A DNA stretch of 64,000 bases from a virus: positions 96,001 through 160,000 of the IMG/VR virus record IMGVR_UViG_3300005537_000002. One strand, 5' to 3'. Position 1 is the stretch's first letter; each line of letters starts with the position of its first letter. Shown here one piece after another: positions 29,389 through 38,925 of this stretch. The position numbers and the translations under genes are program-made. Below the pieces are notes generated by a model. The model ran no database searches. It worked only from the letters and a program-made list of their open reading frames with translations, and was not told the DNA's origin.

Positions 29389-29705
29389 TGACACTCGAAC
29401 GTGTACGTGAACTCGTCGGAGAGAAGCACTGGGAGGCTTTTCAGCAAGAGATGGATATGTCCGTGGTGCTCGAGTCTGAAGAGGAAGAACTCTCGTTTTT
29501 GGATGCGTGGAAGTACCAACGCGACACTGCTGCGTGCGCAAGTGACATCTACGAGCAACTCGCTAAGTATGCGGTAGACTACATACTAGGTTGTGGAGTC
29601 TCCGTAGAGGACTACCTCGACTTCACTGACATGATCTATCGACCAGACTTCGCAGAACAAATGCTAGTAGCTATAGACAAAGAGGGCAGCTCTCGTAAAC
29701 AGTAA
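29385..29705 (+). CDS. hypothetical protein (module A2)
   Basis: Paralogue of 28623. Confidence 0.85.
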   Translation: MMTLERVRELVGEKHWEAFQQEMDMSVVLESEEEELSFLDAWKYQRDTAACASDIYEQLAKYAVDYILGCGVSVEDYLDFTDMIYRPDFAEQMLVAIDKEGSSRKQ

Positions 29706-29721
29706 GACTAAAGGAGGAACT

Positions 29722-30207
29722 ATGCCAATCACACTCATATTAAGACATTGGAAGCACGCTAAATATATCGTGCTTGGGGTAGCAGAGACAGCTAACGAGG
29801 ATGGGCTAGCTGAATACGACTCGATAGATGCCATCATGAACGAGTCTAAGTATCTAGACTCACATAGATGGATTCTATCAGGCTTAGACGAACTTGCCTA
29901 CGAGTTCGGGGAACAAGCTGTAGCAAGTGTGTATGTAGGCTCCGTTGTAGCAGCTGAGTGTATAGAACGTGTCGGTTGGCCGTACTACCAACTGAGAATG
30001 GCTCTAGAACATGCCTTAGAAGATGAAGGAGATGGTATAGCACGTCGGTCTCACACAAGTGGAATCTTCGGTAGGGATCTCATATACGCTGTGTTACACC
30101 TGAATAGCACAGGTCACTTGTACAACCCGGTCAATCCAGAGGAAGGTGTTCCTTCTGGTAACTGTTGCTTTTGTATAGCAGAAAACGTAAACAAAGAAGA
30201 GTCGTAA
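29722..30207 (+). CDS. hypothetical protein (module B2)
   Basis: Paralogue of 28951; C-terminal H/CC cluster. Confidence 0.85.
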   Translation: MPITLILRHWKHAKYIVLGVAETANEDGLAEYDSIDAIMNESKYLDSHRWILSGLDELAYEFGEQAVASVYVGSVVAAECIERVGWPYYQLRMALEHALEDEGDGIARRSHTSGIFGRDLIYAVLHLNSTGHLYNPVNPEEGVPSGNCCFCIAENVNKEES

Positions 30208-30252
30208 GTGGATGAGCGAGCGTATATGGAACGTATGATGGAGTAGGAGTTA

Positions 30253-30561
30253 ATGTTGCGTAGTAGAAGGATTATTACTAGTGTCGTTGCTCTCGCGGTC
30301 TGTGCAGTCGCTGGCACAGCAAGCGGAGCGTTAGTGGAGCTAACTTGGCCTACCGGTCAAGCACAGTGTGTTGTGTTGTTAGCAGGTATGGTCGGACTAG
30401 TACTTGGAGGTATGTCCGTACACTACTGGACCCTAACCGAACCCAAGTACAAGCAGGTCGCAGTAGTGGAGGAAGATAACTTGCCAACGGCAAGTGCAAC
30501 TGTGCTAGCGTTAGAGGACTATACGAACGACGAGTTAGTTCTAGAGGAGGATGCCGTATGA
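30253..30561 (+). CDS. membrane protein
   Basis: Two TM segments and an acidic tail. Confidence 0.8.
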   Translation: MLRSRRIITSVVALAVCAVAGTASGALVELTWPTGQAQCVVLLAGMVGLVLGGMSVHYWTLTEPKYKQVAVVEEDNLPTASATVLALEDYTNDELVLEEDAV

Positions 30562-30959
30562 GCCTACTACACGATTACTTTGCGATTAGAGTGTTTGGTA
30601 CTCATAAACAGGCTAGGTGGTTTCATAGTTGGGGTATACGAGAACCCCTTACGGTACACGTCGTGCACAGATGGACATACTCCTTAATGCTAGGTGAGAG
30701 AGGAGAAGTTGGATTTAGACCTACAGAACTGGACGAGCTACTGCCAGTGGTAGGCCTTCCAAGGCCGAAGATGTATCGGGCAGAGGGTGCAGCTGCTAAA
30801 GAGCTAGGGATACTAGTCTCATGCGTGGAGTGGAAGAGTATATCGCCTCAGACACCGCATGCTGATGAAGTTGGATATTGGAGGGTACTCAATGGAGTAT
30901 GGACGTTTTACCTCCGACATGATTGGCTCTGGTTTATGTACTCACCCGTAAAGGAATAA
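30558..30959 (+). CDS. hypothetical protein
   Basis: ATGA overlap; SD GAGGAGG. Confidence 0.8.
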   Translation: MSLLHDYFAIRVFGTHKQARWFHSWGIREPLTVHVVHRWTYSLMLGERGEVGFRPTELDELLPVVGLPRPKMYRAEGAAAKELGILVSCVEWKSISPQTPHADEVGYWRVLNGVWTFYLRHDWLWFMYSPVKE

Positions 30960-30970
30960 CGCCAACCCGA

Positions 30971-31033
30971 GTCGAAAACAAGGTACATTTACTCTATGTC
31001 CTCTTGTTTTCGACCGGGGTAATTATTTATAAT
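30971..31033 (+). promoter_or_regulatory. phage early promoter (copy 10) with hairpin over -35
   Basis: GTCGAAAACAAG/CTTGTTTTCGAC stem; TTGTTT(31004-09)-N18-TATAAT(31028-33). Confidence 0.88.
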
Positions 31034-31078
31034 ATAATTAATAAATAATATTAACTACACCCAAAGGAGGTTGGCATC

Positions 31079-31537
31079 ATGCGTACAGACAGCGGAGAAG
31101 AGTTAGTCGAGTTGGATATAGCTACACTAGAGCGTCATATCCAACAGTCGAAAGAATATAGACTTTGGTACAGTATATGGGAACTGACTGAGTGGCTCTT
31201 TAGCGAAGACGCAAACCATGTGTGGGTGAGGTACTCTAGAACTGCCGGTAGGTATAGCGTCCAAGTGAAGACAGTAGATGGAGTAGAGATACTCGCCCTA
31301 GATAGTCGTGTGAGAGAACTGATGGCTAAGGAAGAGAATGTGCGACTCTTCCCTACCGTAGACAACATCTACGAGTATGCACAGTTGTGCATAGAGATGT
31401 CGTACACGGACATCATCAAGGAGAAGGCTTGCGGAATCTCTCTCCCGAACGGATTCTGGAGGGATAAGCCCCCAATCGTAGAGTATGCCGTATACGGCTG
31501 GCGTATACCACAACTAGAAGAGGACCAAGAAGTATGA
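31079..31537 (+). CDS. hypothetical protein
   Basis: SD AAGGAGG. Confidence 0.85.
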   Translation: MRTDSGEELVELDIATLERHIQQSKEYRLWYSIWELTEWLFSEDANHVWVRYSRTAGRYSVQVKTVDGVEILALDSRVRELMAKEENVRLFPTVDNIYEYAQLCIEMSYTDIIKEKACGISLPNGFWRDKPPIVEYAVYGWRIPQLEEDQEV

Positions 31538-32082
31538 GAGCAGAAGAACTGCTGTACAGGCTATTGAAGTTACGGTCGGGGTCAATCATCAACTTCGTAG
31601 GAGACCCTAACGACATGACGTTCCCGACCGTATATGCGATCCGGTCATTGCAACCGGGTCTCTTTACGGATACTAGCACAGCTACGCTGCCAGCTGTGCC
31701 AATGGGTTTCGTATTCGGAGACCCAACAGACTACAAGCCGAATACGAACAGCGGAGGCTACCCCGTAGGCAACGGCTGGACCGTATGGGATCCGTACGCG
31801 GGTAGACCAAACTTGGCGAGAACTGCAGAAGAGTCCCTGATAACACAGACCTCATATGGTTGGAGTACGTTTCTGCAAGGTCTGCTACAACACCCAAAAC
31901 CACCGAAGTACGAGACCTACTACACGTACTTCGACTTTACAGCTCACTTACCTCAGGATGCAAGTCCAGACTCGAGCGTAGTCATACTGGCTGCGTTTGT
32001 CGACGATGAGCACAGTGCCATTACGTTCGCGAACGTAGTGTTTATGCGAGAAGAGTCCTTACAATTTGGAGATTGGAGCTAG
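31534..32082 (+). CDS. hypothetical protein
   Basis: ATGA overlap. Confidence 0.8.
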   Translation: MRAEELLYRLLKLRSGSIINFVGDPNDMTFPTVYAIRSLQPGLFTDTSTATLPAVPMGFVFGDPTDYKPNTNSGGYPVGNGWTVWDPYAGRPNLARTAEESLITQTSYGWSTFLQGLLQHPKPPKYETYYTYFDFTAHLPQDASPDSSVVILAAFVDDEHSAITFANVVFMREESLQFGDWS

Positions 32083-32084
32083 AT

Positions 32085-32783
32085 ATGCCTCAGTACGACT
32101 ATCCAGTTAAGGCAGTACCGGTATACAGACTACGTAAGAGGTTAGGGGAGCTACCGTCGTGGGATGATGACAACTGGGTTGACGTCGAACCATTAGCACA
32201 GGTGATTGTTGGCCCATACGATGAAGAGACAGCCGACTGTGATATCACAGTCACTATTCAGATAGCCATGAACGGTGACACACTTACGACTGTCGGTAGA
32301 CTAGAGGGCCACAAAGCTATACTCCTTCGACTGTCAGGTATGTTAACCAACGACGGTCGCATGCAGATACTACCGCTAGTCCACATCGACTGGCAGTCAG
32401 CTGGCGAGTGGGATACTTGCCAGTATGATCTAACCGTCGTCACGACGTACGAAGACTGCGGTCGAACTGAACAACTACTCACTCACGCTAGAGTGGCAGA
32501 CGACGTATTCTATACTCTGTCGTTTAACAGGATGCTTGAAGACGAGGCAGAACGTCTACGACAGAGGGACCTTAAACAAATTGAGGTACACAAAGGTCTA
32601 CTGGAAGAGTTCATACGAGCGCTCGAAGAAGACCTCCCGAGTAAAAAGAGTTCGTACGTCAACCGAGCTGAAGTGCAGGAGATGTTCTCTAACGCTATTG
32701 CTAGAGAACGGGAGGAGTTAGCTAAGTATTGTGAGTACACAGTAGACGGCGGGGTAGTTACTATCACGAAGTCATTCGTATAG
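32085..32783 (+). CDS. hypothetical protein
   Basis: Start moved to ATG 32085 (SD GGAG). Confidence 0.8.
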   Translation: MPQYDYPVKAVPVYRLRKRLGELPSWDDDNWVDVEPLAQVIVGPYDEETADCDITVTIQIAMNGDTLTTVGRLEGHKAILLRLSGMLTNDGRMQILPLVHIDWQSAGEWDTCQYDLTVVTTYEDCGRTEQLLTHARVADDVFYTLSFNRMLEDEAERLRQRDLKQIEVHKGLLEEFIRALEEDLPSKKSSYVNRAEVQEMFSNAIAREREELAKYCEYTVDGGVVTITKSFV

Positions 32784-32792
32784 GAGTTTCGT

Positions 32793-32963
32793 ATGCGTAA
32801 GTTGTGGCCTATCTATGTAAGGTATTACCCATATTCCGTCTATAGGTGGCTAAGTATTCACTACCAATACTATAAGTACGAAGACACCTACGCTGGGATA
32901 GGCGACTTCGAGCACGAACTCTGGTTAGGCAAGTTATGCTTTACATTCGGAAAGTTCATATAA
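32793..32963 (+). CDS. small aromatic-rich protein (56 aa, absent from the ORF track)
   Basis: SD AGGAG, ATG 32793, TAA 32961-63; fills the gap between genes. Confidence 0.7.
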   Translation: MRKLWPIYVRYYPYSVYRWLSIHYQYYKYEDTYAGIGDFEHELWLGKLCFTFGKFI

Positions 32964-32975
32964 GGAGGGTCACTC

Positions 32976-33278
32976 ATGAAAACGATTACGCTAAACAAGT
33001 TAGAGCAGATCCTACACCATAAACCACCGACGGAGACTTGTTGGTCGCTGCAGAACTCCGTAAGAGAGTTGGAGGGAGTACTCACGACGTTAGGCATTCG
33101 AGTGGATAGGGATGAGTACTTCGTCTTCAGCGACATCGCTAACACTCTCAACGATATCCACAACACTCAATGGCAGGGTTCGGTAGCCATTATACTCATC
33201 AATACTCCAAACGCTATGGACTGGTACGTACTAGCGTTTGTGATACGAGGCTCGTCACTAGACAAGGAGGGAGTGTAA
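32976..33278 (+). CDS. hypothetical protein
   Basis: SD AAGGAGGG. Confidence 0.8.
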   Translation: MKTITLNKLEQILHHKPPTETCWSLQNSVRELEGVLTTLGIRVDRDEYFVFSDIANTLNDIHNTQWQGSVAIILINTPNAMDWYVLAFVIRGSSLDKEGV

Positions 33279-33280
33279 AC

Positions 33281-33652
33281 ATGACAAAGCAAGCTGAGTA
33301 TGGCACACGTATTACGTCGGAGGAAGTACGGCTGTTAGCTGTGCTATTGACCGAAAAGTTTGTGACAGCTTACGTAGCGGCAGCAGACCCTACGCAAGGA
33401 GTCGGACAACCGAGTGGCTGGGAGCATCTTTGGACTAACAGCCTACCGACTGAGGTGGTACAGGTGTTAGAGTTGGTATCGTTGGTGGATATATGGAGAG
33501 TGGTGGTAGTACAACTCGCTCGTACGGGACTCGAGGGGTATGACCTTGTAGTAGGTGAGGTGATTGCGTACTTACGACATATTATACTAGGCTCGGGTAA
33601 GTTCACGATTGTAACGCGTACGGAGGATACGTATCTTGAGGAGAAGGAGTAG
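33281..33652 (+). CDS. hypothetical protein
   Basis: Start moved to ATG 33281. Confidence 0.8.
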   Translation: MTKQAEYGTRITSEEVRLLAVLLTEKFVTAYVAAADPTQGVGQPSGWEHLWTNSLPTEVVQVLELVSLVDIWRVVVVQLARTGLEGYDLVVGEVIAYLRHIILGSGKFTIVTRTEDTYLEEKE

Positions 33653-33655
33653 GCA

Positions 33656-34111
33656 TTGGTATACAAAAGGACGTCGGCAGTGCATATGAGTATGGAACGT
33701 CAGTTAGAGATAGCATGTCAACAGGCAACTTCTAAACAGGCGATGATAGAGGTGTTGGAGGAGTTGAACTCACAACTCCCGTTAGGGGACCCGACTATTG
33801 AAGACGGACGTTCGACAGCTAAGGCTTTGCAGTATGCCGGGAGTGTAATCTCAGACCTAATCGAGCGGGCGTGTGCATTGCATCAAGTGCCGTTGAAGAC
33901 CGCTACGATCCAGTCAGACACAGCTACATTCGTCTGGATACAAACTGACAGTAACGGTGCCGCCGTAGACGTAACCTGGACTATTAAAAAGCATTGGAGC
34001 TCCCGCCTAATGCTCGCACTTAAAGTGCACCTCGTAGCGAATCCGGAGTATCTCTTCCGACTAACCGCGGGCAGAACGTACGAGGCACTACAAGACTACT
34101 TGGAGGACTAG
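33656..34111 (+). CDS. hypothetical protein
   Basis: SD AAGGAG, TTG start. Confidence 0.8.
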   Translation: MVYKRTSAVHMSMERQLEIACQQATSKQAMIEVLEELNSQLPLGDPTIEDGRSTAKALQYAGSVISDLIERACALHQVPLKTATIQSDTATFVWIQTDSNGAAVDVTWTIKKHWSSRLMLALKVHLVANPEYLFRLTAGRTYEALQDYLED

Positions 34112-34116
34112 TAGTA

Positions 34117-34437
34117 ATGGTACCGAGCGTAATATACATCATATCGGTGTGCTCAATAGCAGTGGTGCTATTCGTTGCACTGTGGAGCTTAATGCCAGTT
34201 GAAATGTCATCTGACAGTAAGTTCAAACGGGTGTCAGTTCTTGTAGTTATTATTGGGTGGTTGTTCCACGTACTCGTTCCGACAGGTCCGCTAGAAGAGC
34301 TAGTAACTGATATAGTCGCGCTACTAGCTGTAGTCGCCGTCGTAGCGTGTATGATAAGCTTAACTATCACTCACAAAATGGAGCCGTTCTTACACTGGTG
34401 GCGTACAGGTGAAGACCTTACTGAACCAAAGGAGTAA
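34117..34437 (+). CDS. small multi-pass membrane protein (paralogue 1 of 3)
   Basis: Three hydrophobic segments, F..WW tail. Confidence 0.8.
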   Translation: MVPSVIYIISVCSIAVVLFVALWSLMPVEMSSDSKFKRVSVLVVIIGWLFHVLVPTGPLEELVTDIVALLAVVAVVACMISLTITHKMEPFLHWWRTGEDLTEPKE

Positions 34438-34441
34438 GCTT

Positions 34442-34735
34442 ATGTTGACTGGTCTCGAGTACTGGTTGTTACTAGGAGCGTTAGACGTTATTATCGGTAC
34501 CGTCATGTTTCTCGCGCTAGTAGGTCGTATGTCTCGATCAGCCGCGTTCCGTAGGGTAGGTATCGTCGTACTAGTTATCGCTGCAGGTATCGTCGTTTGG
34601 GGTATAGGCATAGAGTCGGTACGTGAAGCCCTCGTCGGTACAGCTGTTACAGTCTTGTTCGTAGGTACATTCGCAATCCTAGCCACTGACAATTGGGGGG
34701 ACTTCTGGAGTTGGTGGATAGAGGACGAAGACTAG
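34442..34735 (+). CDS. small multi-pass membrane protein (paralogue 2 of 3)
   Basis: MFLAL..RMS...RRVGIVVLV, FWSWW; start moved to ATG 34442. Confidence 0.85.
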   Translation: MLTGLEYWLLLGALDVIIGTVMFLALVGRMSRSAAFRRVGIVVLVIAAGIVVWGIGIESVREALVGTAVTVLFVGTFAILATDNWGDFWSWWIEDED

Positions 34736-34752
34736 AAAGGACTAGCCGTAAG

Positions 34753-35061
34753 ATGATATACGATGCTTCATATTGGGCTGTTGCCCTAGCGTTAGTAGGT
34801 CTTGTAAGTATCACGATGTTCCTTGCACTCCCTTGGCGTATGTCACTGACGTCTAAAGCTCGCCGGGTGGGTATAGTAGTGTTGGTAGCACTATCATACG
34901 TACTAGTGATAGGAAGTGGTATCACAAACCTCCAAAACTCAGTAGTTGCGTTTACTATACTGGCTATCATTGGAGGAATAGTCGCTTTGATCATAGTCGG
35001 CGACTCATCTCGCTTCTTCCGTTGGTGGGTCTCCGACGATGACAACAGTAGACCTGACTAG
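34753..35061 (+). CDS. small multi-pass membrane protein (paralogue 3 of 3)
   Basis: MFLAL..RMS...RRVGIVVLV, FFRWW; start moved to ATG 34753. Confidence 0.85.
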   Translation: MIYDASYWAVALALVGLVSITMFLALPWRMSLTSKARRVGIVVLVALSYVLVIGSGITNLQNSVVAFTILAIIGGIVALIIVGDSSRFFRWWVSDDDNSRPD

Positions 35062-35122
35062 CACAGGGTCTTACGCATATGAGGTGAGCGAGAGCTCACC
35101 TTGTAGCATGTTTAACTGACGT

Positions 35123-35161
35123 AATTACCTCTTGTTTTCAACCGGGGTAATTCTTTATAAT
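35123..35161 (+). promoter_or_regulatory. phage early promoter (copy 11)
   Basis: TTGTTT(35132-37)-N18-TATAAT(35156-61); AATTACC/GGTAATT arms flank -35. Confidence 0.85.
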
Positions 35162-35243
35162 ATAATTAATAAATATAAAATTTATTACCCCATGGAATGG
35201 TCCAAAGGGGTTACACACTACATACACACAAGGGAGTACAACA

Positions 35244-35471
35244 ATGGAGTCTAACTTAGAGAGCATCCTACAATCTCTAACATCTACTACACATTACGGT
35301 ACTGTACACTCTCAGGCAAGTCAGGCGTACCAAGTACTCATAGCTAACTACACCAATAGTACAGTACGTCTAGTACTACAGTTGGTTAACAGGGAACTCT
35401 CACCGGAAGAGGTCAACACTATCCGTAGATGGGCAGAAGAGGGTATACGTACATCTCTAGCGGACATCTAA
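35244..35471 (+). CDS. hypothetical protein
   Basis: SD AAGGGAG. Confidence 0.8.
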   Translation: MESNLESILQSLTSTTHYGTVHSQASQAYQVLIANYTNSTVRLVLQLVNRELSPEEVNTIRRWAEEGIRTSLADI

Positions 35472-35474
35472 GTT

Positions 35475-35513
35475 TATAAGGGTTACTATTACGGTATAAT
35501 AGTAACCCTTATA
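35475..35513. repeat. perfect 17-bp inverted repeat, no U-tract
   Basis: TATAAGGGTTACTATTA-CGGTA-TAATAGTAACCCTTATA. Confidence 0.9.
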
Positions 35514-35530
35514 CAAAGGGAGAACCAATC

Positions 35531-35911
35531 ATGACAACCAACCAATCCCCATTGGAGCTAGCTAAGTTCTACTACACATACAACAGTACGTTACGTAGGG
35601 AGCAAGTGGAGTATTCAAGCTCAGACTACCAGAGTTACCTATTAGCCGTGCGGGAACTGCTATACTATACGGAGATAGCGTCTACACTACTCACTCTGGA
35701 GGACAGGTTTGGTGCAGTAGAGGACGCTATTGAGTACTACCGCTTACCAGAAAGTGCTACAGAAGACGTTGAGATGGGTGGAGGTGAAGTGGCTGGATTC
35801 TATGGACTCTGGCGAAGAAAGTACATCCTGTCTGTACTCAAAAGTCTGTCCAACAGCGCGGTAGTACAAGCTCTGCAAGAGTACTACGACCGCATGTATA
35901 AAGTGGCATAG
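35531..35911 (+). CDS. helical protein, 'SP.EL..YY' family
   Basis: SPLELAKFYY plus a second AIEYY repeat. Confidence 0.8.
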   Translation: MTTNQSPLELAKFYYTYNSTLRREQVEYSSSDYQSYLLAVRELLYYTEIASTLLTLEDRFGAVEDAIEYYRLPESATEDVEMGGGEVAGFYGLWRRKYILSVLKSLSNSAVVQALQEYYDRMYKVA

Positions 35912-35926
35912 AAAGGGGAACCAATC

Positions 35927-36313
35927 ATGATACCAGACACAAACGTTGTCATGCGTTTGACTAACACTGATAGTGATTCGATCACGCCTGAAGATGTTCG
36001 GGACATTATACTGAAGCTAAGGGAGGCAAGAGCTGAGCTTGCAAAGCACCCGAAGGATAACTCAACTCCCGTAGAGAAGATGTACTTTGAGTTGTTCTGG
36101 CTTGCAGGACCTTTCTTGCAAAAGGTAGTCAATGTCTGGAACGAGTTGCACGCAGAAGAACTCCAACGGATGTTGTTCAAAGCACCGGACGGTACTATAG
36201 GAGAGGGAGAGAGCTACTTGTTCGATGCACTCAGTAAGTTCTGCTTGTGCCCGGTAGGATTACCTAATAAGGCGTGCTACGAAGTTGTACGTGAGATGAC
36301 TGAAGAGCAGTAG
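35927..36313 (+). CDS. hypothetical protein
   Basis: SD AAGGGG. Confidence 0.8.
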   Translation: MIPDTNVVMRLTNTDSDSITPEDVRDIILKLREARAELAKHPKDNSTPVEKMYFELFWLAGPFLQKVVNVWNELHAEELQRMLFKAPDGTIGEGESYLFDALSKFCLCPVGLPNKACYEVVREMTEEQ

Positions 36314-36321
36314 ATAACTAC

Positions 36322-36355
36322 TTGCAACTGTGCTATATTATTAGCACAGTTGCAA
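36322..36355. repeat. perfect 14-bp inverted repeat
   Basis: TTGCAACTGTGCTA-TATTAT-TAGCACAGTTGCAA. Confidence 0.9.
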
Positions 36356-36379
36356 AACAGCTAGTAGAGGGAGCAGACT

Positions 36380-36808
36380 ATGTCACGGAAGAAAGATTCA
36401 CGAACGCTGACTACTATTATAAGTAGGTTGCCCTCGGTAGATGAACTGTTTAAGGGTATCTACCCACGCTACGACATTCCAGAGGGTGTAGACGTTACTC
36501 AGGGTAGGTACCTCGTATCACTTGACGACATACCATCCGCACCAGGTAAGGAAGTCGTAGTAGTGTATGTGCTGTATTATCAGTTTAAGGACTACGCGGC
36601 TACACTTACGTACTTCAATATGCAGGAGGCACTACAAATAGTAGAACTTGCACTCAAACAGTACGTACCCGGTCTAACTATCCACCGAGATAACGACACT
36701 ATGCAAGTTCCCGGTGTCGAGCACGAGATTAAGGCACCCGTGTTGGTAGTGCACTTCGGCAACTGCGACAATCGTAGTATACATACACAAGAAGGACACT
36801 TACACTAG
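36380..36808 (+). CDS. hypothetical protein
   Basis: SD GAGGGAG. Confidence 0.85.
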   Translation: MSRKKDSRTLTTIISRLPSVDELFKGIYPRYDIPEGVDVTQGRYLVSLDDIPSAPGKEVVVVYVLYYQFKDYAATLTYFNMQEALQIVELALKQYVPGLTIHRDNDTMQVPGVEHEIKAPVLVVHFGNCDNRSIHTQEGHLH

Positions 36809-36828
36809 CAAAGAAGGAGAACTAAGCT

Positions 36829-37185
36829 ATGACACAACTATATAGCACACACTTACATGACCTATTCAATTCGGCAGCAGTCGGTAGAGTGATAGAGCTT
36901 TGCGAAGGGGACGAAGCAGTTCGGTTCTTTGTGGTGAACTCAGACGACATGCAACTGCAGTATGTCTTTCGAGGGGATACGGAATGCCCTCCAGACGAGG
37001 ATAAAACGTTCTGGCACCCGATCGAGGCTCTGCGCAAAGCTCTGAACTCTGTCATTGACGATATACTGACACTCTGTCGGGAGTTTGATATAGACGCCGA
37101 TCGAGACACGATGTGGGATGAGTTTCTAGCACAAGACTATGTCGGTGTGCACTTGTTCACAACCCGTATAGTGCACAGCATCTAA
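36829..37185 (+). CDS. acidic hypothetical protein
   Basis: SD AAGGAG. Confidence 0.85.
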   Translation: MTQLYSTHLHDLFNSAAVGRVIELCEGDEAVRFFVVNSDDMQLQYVFRGDTECPPDEDKTFWHPIEALRKALNSVIDDILTLCREFDIDADRDTMWDEFLAQDYVGVHLFTTRIVHSI

Positions 37186-37211
37186 GTCGTAGTAAAGGGA
37201 GGTCAATAGCA

Positions 37212-37649
37212 ATGTCAGAAGAGCGTAGGAAGTCACCTAGACGCACGTGGGACGAGAAGGTGAATGCGTTGCTATATACGAGGACGTTGACTGAGCCACA
37301 GCGCGAGCGTGCTAGAAACTGGTTAGGGGCGACTCTGACGTCGCACTCGTATGATAAGGAGTTGCGTACCTTTCCTACGGGTATTGCCATTGACTTCTTA
37401 GAGTCCGAAAGTGGAGACGCAGTATGGCTCTTACTAGACGTAGAGGGAGACAATGGTGAACGTGGATATCACGCCTACCGCAAGATTCCACGCGAACCAA
37501 AACGGTCGTGGAAGAGATTCGGTCCAAGGAGACCTTATAGGAAGCGTGAAGCTCCGAAGCACAACGACACGTCACTAGTCGTACCGCACGACTTTGACGA
37601 TGAACAAGAAGAACGAACCGACCTGTTTGACGACGAACCTAGCGAATAA
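37212..37649 (+). CDS. hypothetical protein with basic patch and acidic tail
   Basis: SD GGGAGG. Confidence 0.85.
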   Translation: MSEERRKSPRRTWDEKVNALLYTRTLTEPQRERARNWLGATLTSHSYDKELRTFPTGIAIDFLESESGDAVWLLLDVEGDNGERGYHAYRKIPREPKRSWKRFGPRRPYRKREAPKHNDTSLVVPHDFDDEQEERTDLFDDEPSE

Positions 37650-37662
37650 GACTTTGTGTACC

Positions 37663-37695
37663 AACTTGTAAAACAATGGGGGTTTATATTATAAT
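37663..37695 (+). promoter_or_regulatory. phage early promoter (copy 12)
   Basis: TTGTAA(37666-71)-N18-TATAAT(37690-95). Confidence 0.85.
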
Positions 37696-37750
37696 ATATT
37701 ATATAAATATAAATTCTTACCACCACTACATACACACAAGGGGGTACACA

Positions 37751-38092
37751 ATGGTACACACTACCAACATTACATTCTCACACACAAGTATTACAGTGGC
37801 TTACCATAACTTACCGGAAGGTTATGTATCGGGCATGCAAAGGAAGTCTCTAGTAAGTCTACTAGGCCAAAACTTACTAGCACTGTGTGACTGGTACGGA
37901 GAGGTAAAGGACTCTGAGTGGGAGATAGTAGTACGTAACCACGAAAGCGACTTAGCGTATTACGAAAGCGGTATGGCGGACGGGATACAGTGGCCTATGA
38001 GGTACTTAGCACAGGAGAGTCGTGATGAGGAACGTGAGAACCGTAGGCGTAACCCACACCAGTACGACAACAGCTGGCTGTACGCTAGCTGA
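37751..38092 (+). CDS. hypothetical protein
   Basis: Start moved to ATG 37751, downstream of the promoter. Confidence 0.85.
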   Translation: MVHTTNITFSHTSITVAYHNLPEGYVSGMQRKSLVSLLGQNLLALCDWYGEVKDSEWEIVVRNHESDLAYYESGMADGIQWPMRYLAQESRDEERENRRRNPHQYDNSWLYAS

Positions 38093-38116
38093 ACTAGTAA
38101 GCAAAGGAGAACGGAC

Positions 38117-38365
38117 ATGACAAACAATACTAATCCAACCTACAACTCCAGGTTGAATGGGATAGTGCAAGAGCTAGTGCGCCATTTCGTACAAAGTGCA
38201 GCGCTGTCGATGGACACGGAAGAGGCTGACGCACTTACAGAAGGAGACCCACAAGCAGAAGCTATCCGTAGAGCTTTTGCAGAACAAGGCAGTTCCAGTC
38301 CAGTAGTAGACGCTCTTTGGGAGGTTATACGTAAGGTAGCACCCGAAGCTGAATCACCCAGCTAA
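38117..38365 (+). CDS. hypothetical protein
   Basis: SD AAAGGAG. Confidence 0.85.
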   Translation: MTNNTNPTYNSRLNGIVQELVRHFVQSAALSMDTEEADALTEGDPQAEAIRRAFAEQGSSSPVVDALWEVIRKVAPEAESPS

Positions 38366-38374
38366 TACTTCACG

Positions 38375-38399
38375 GTAGGGGTAGAACTTCTACCCCTAC
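38375..38399. repeat. perfect palindrome, 12-bp arms, 1-nt spacer
   Basis: GTAGGGGTAGAA-C-TTCTACCCCTAC. Confidence 0.9.
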
Positions 38400-38424
38400 A
38401 CCCAACAAACAAAGGAGAACTAAC

Positions 38425-38904
38425 ATGCCAGATCAGACTTACGTACAGCAGTTGCAAGCAATGTCACCTATCGAGTTGGTACGAGAGTACCACGAGCAAT
38501 GGTTGAGAGCCTGCCTAGAGCGCATTAGAGATGGTGACGCGGAGAATCTAGCTCGTACATGCGCTAATATCATAACACACACGAACGCCAATGCAGTACT
38601 AGATAGCATTGCGACTTGGAGGGAGGGTGGAGAATACGAGTGGCTGCTAGAACAGCACCCTGAAGTGAGCCGTATGACTACGGTTGACGCTATGCTACTA
38701 TTCTACAGGACAAAGGTAGAGTCAACCGAAGAGCGTATAGAAAACGGTGAGTACACTAGACTCTATGAGGTGCTAGAAGTAGCGGACTTCCTCAAAGAGT
38801 ACAACTACGCTATAATTGTACTAGAGTCGATATCGGACGAGAGTGAACTAGCTCCTATGCGTCATTGGCTGTGGCGCAACTTAGGCGAAACAGATCCAGA
38901 ATAG
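38425..38904 (+). CDS. helical two-repeat protein (module C1)
   Basis: Paralogue of 39353. Confidence 0.85.
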   Translation: MPDQTYVQQLQAMSPIELVREYHEQWLRACLERIRDGDAENLARTCANIITHTNANAVLDSIATWREGGEYEWLLEQHPEVSRMTTVDAMLLFYRTKVESTEERIENGEYTRLYEVLEVADFLKEYNYAIIVLESISDESELAPMRHWLWRNLGETDPE

Positions 38905-38925
38905 GTACACGCAAGGAGAACAGAC

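Noticed and set aside
37590-37649. Acidic tail DLFDDEPSE as an SSB C-terminal mimic
   Set aside because: It lacks the terminal Pro-Phe needed for SSB-type partner binding.
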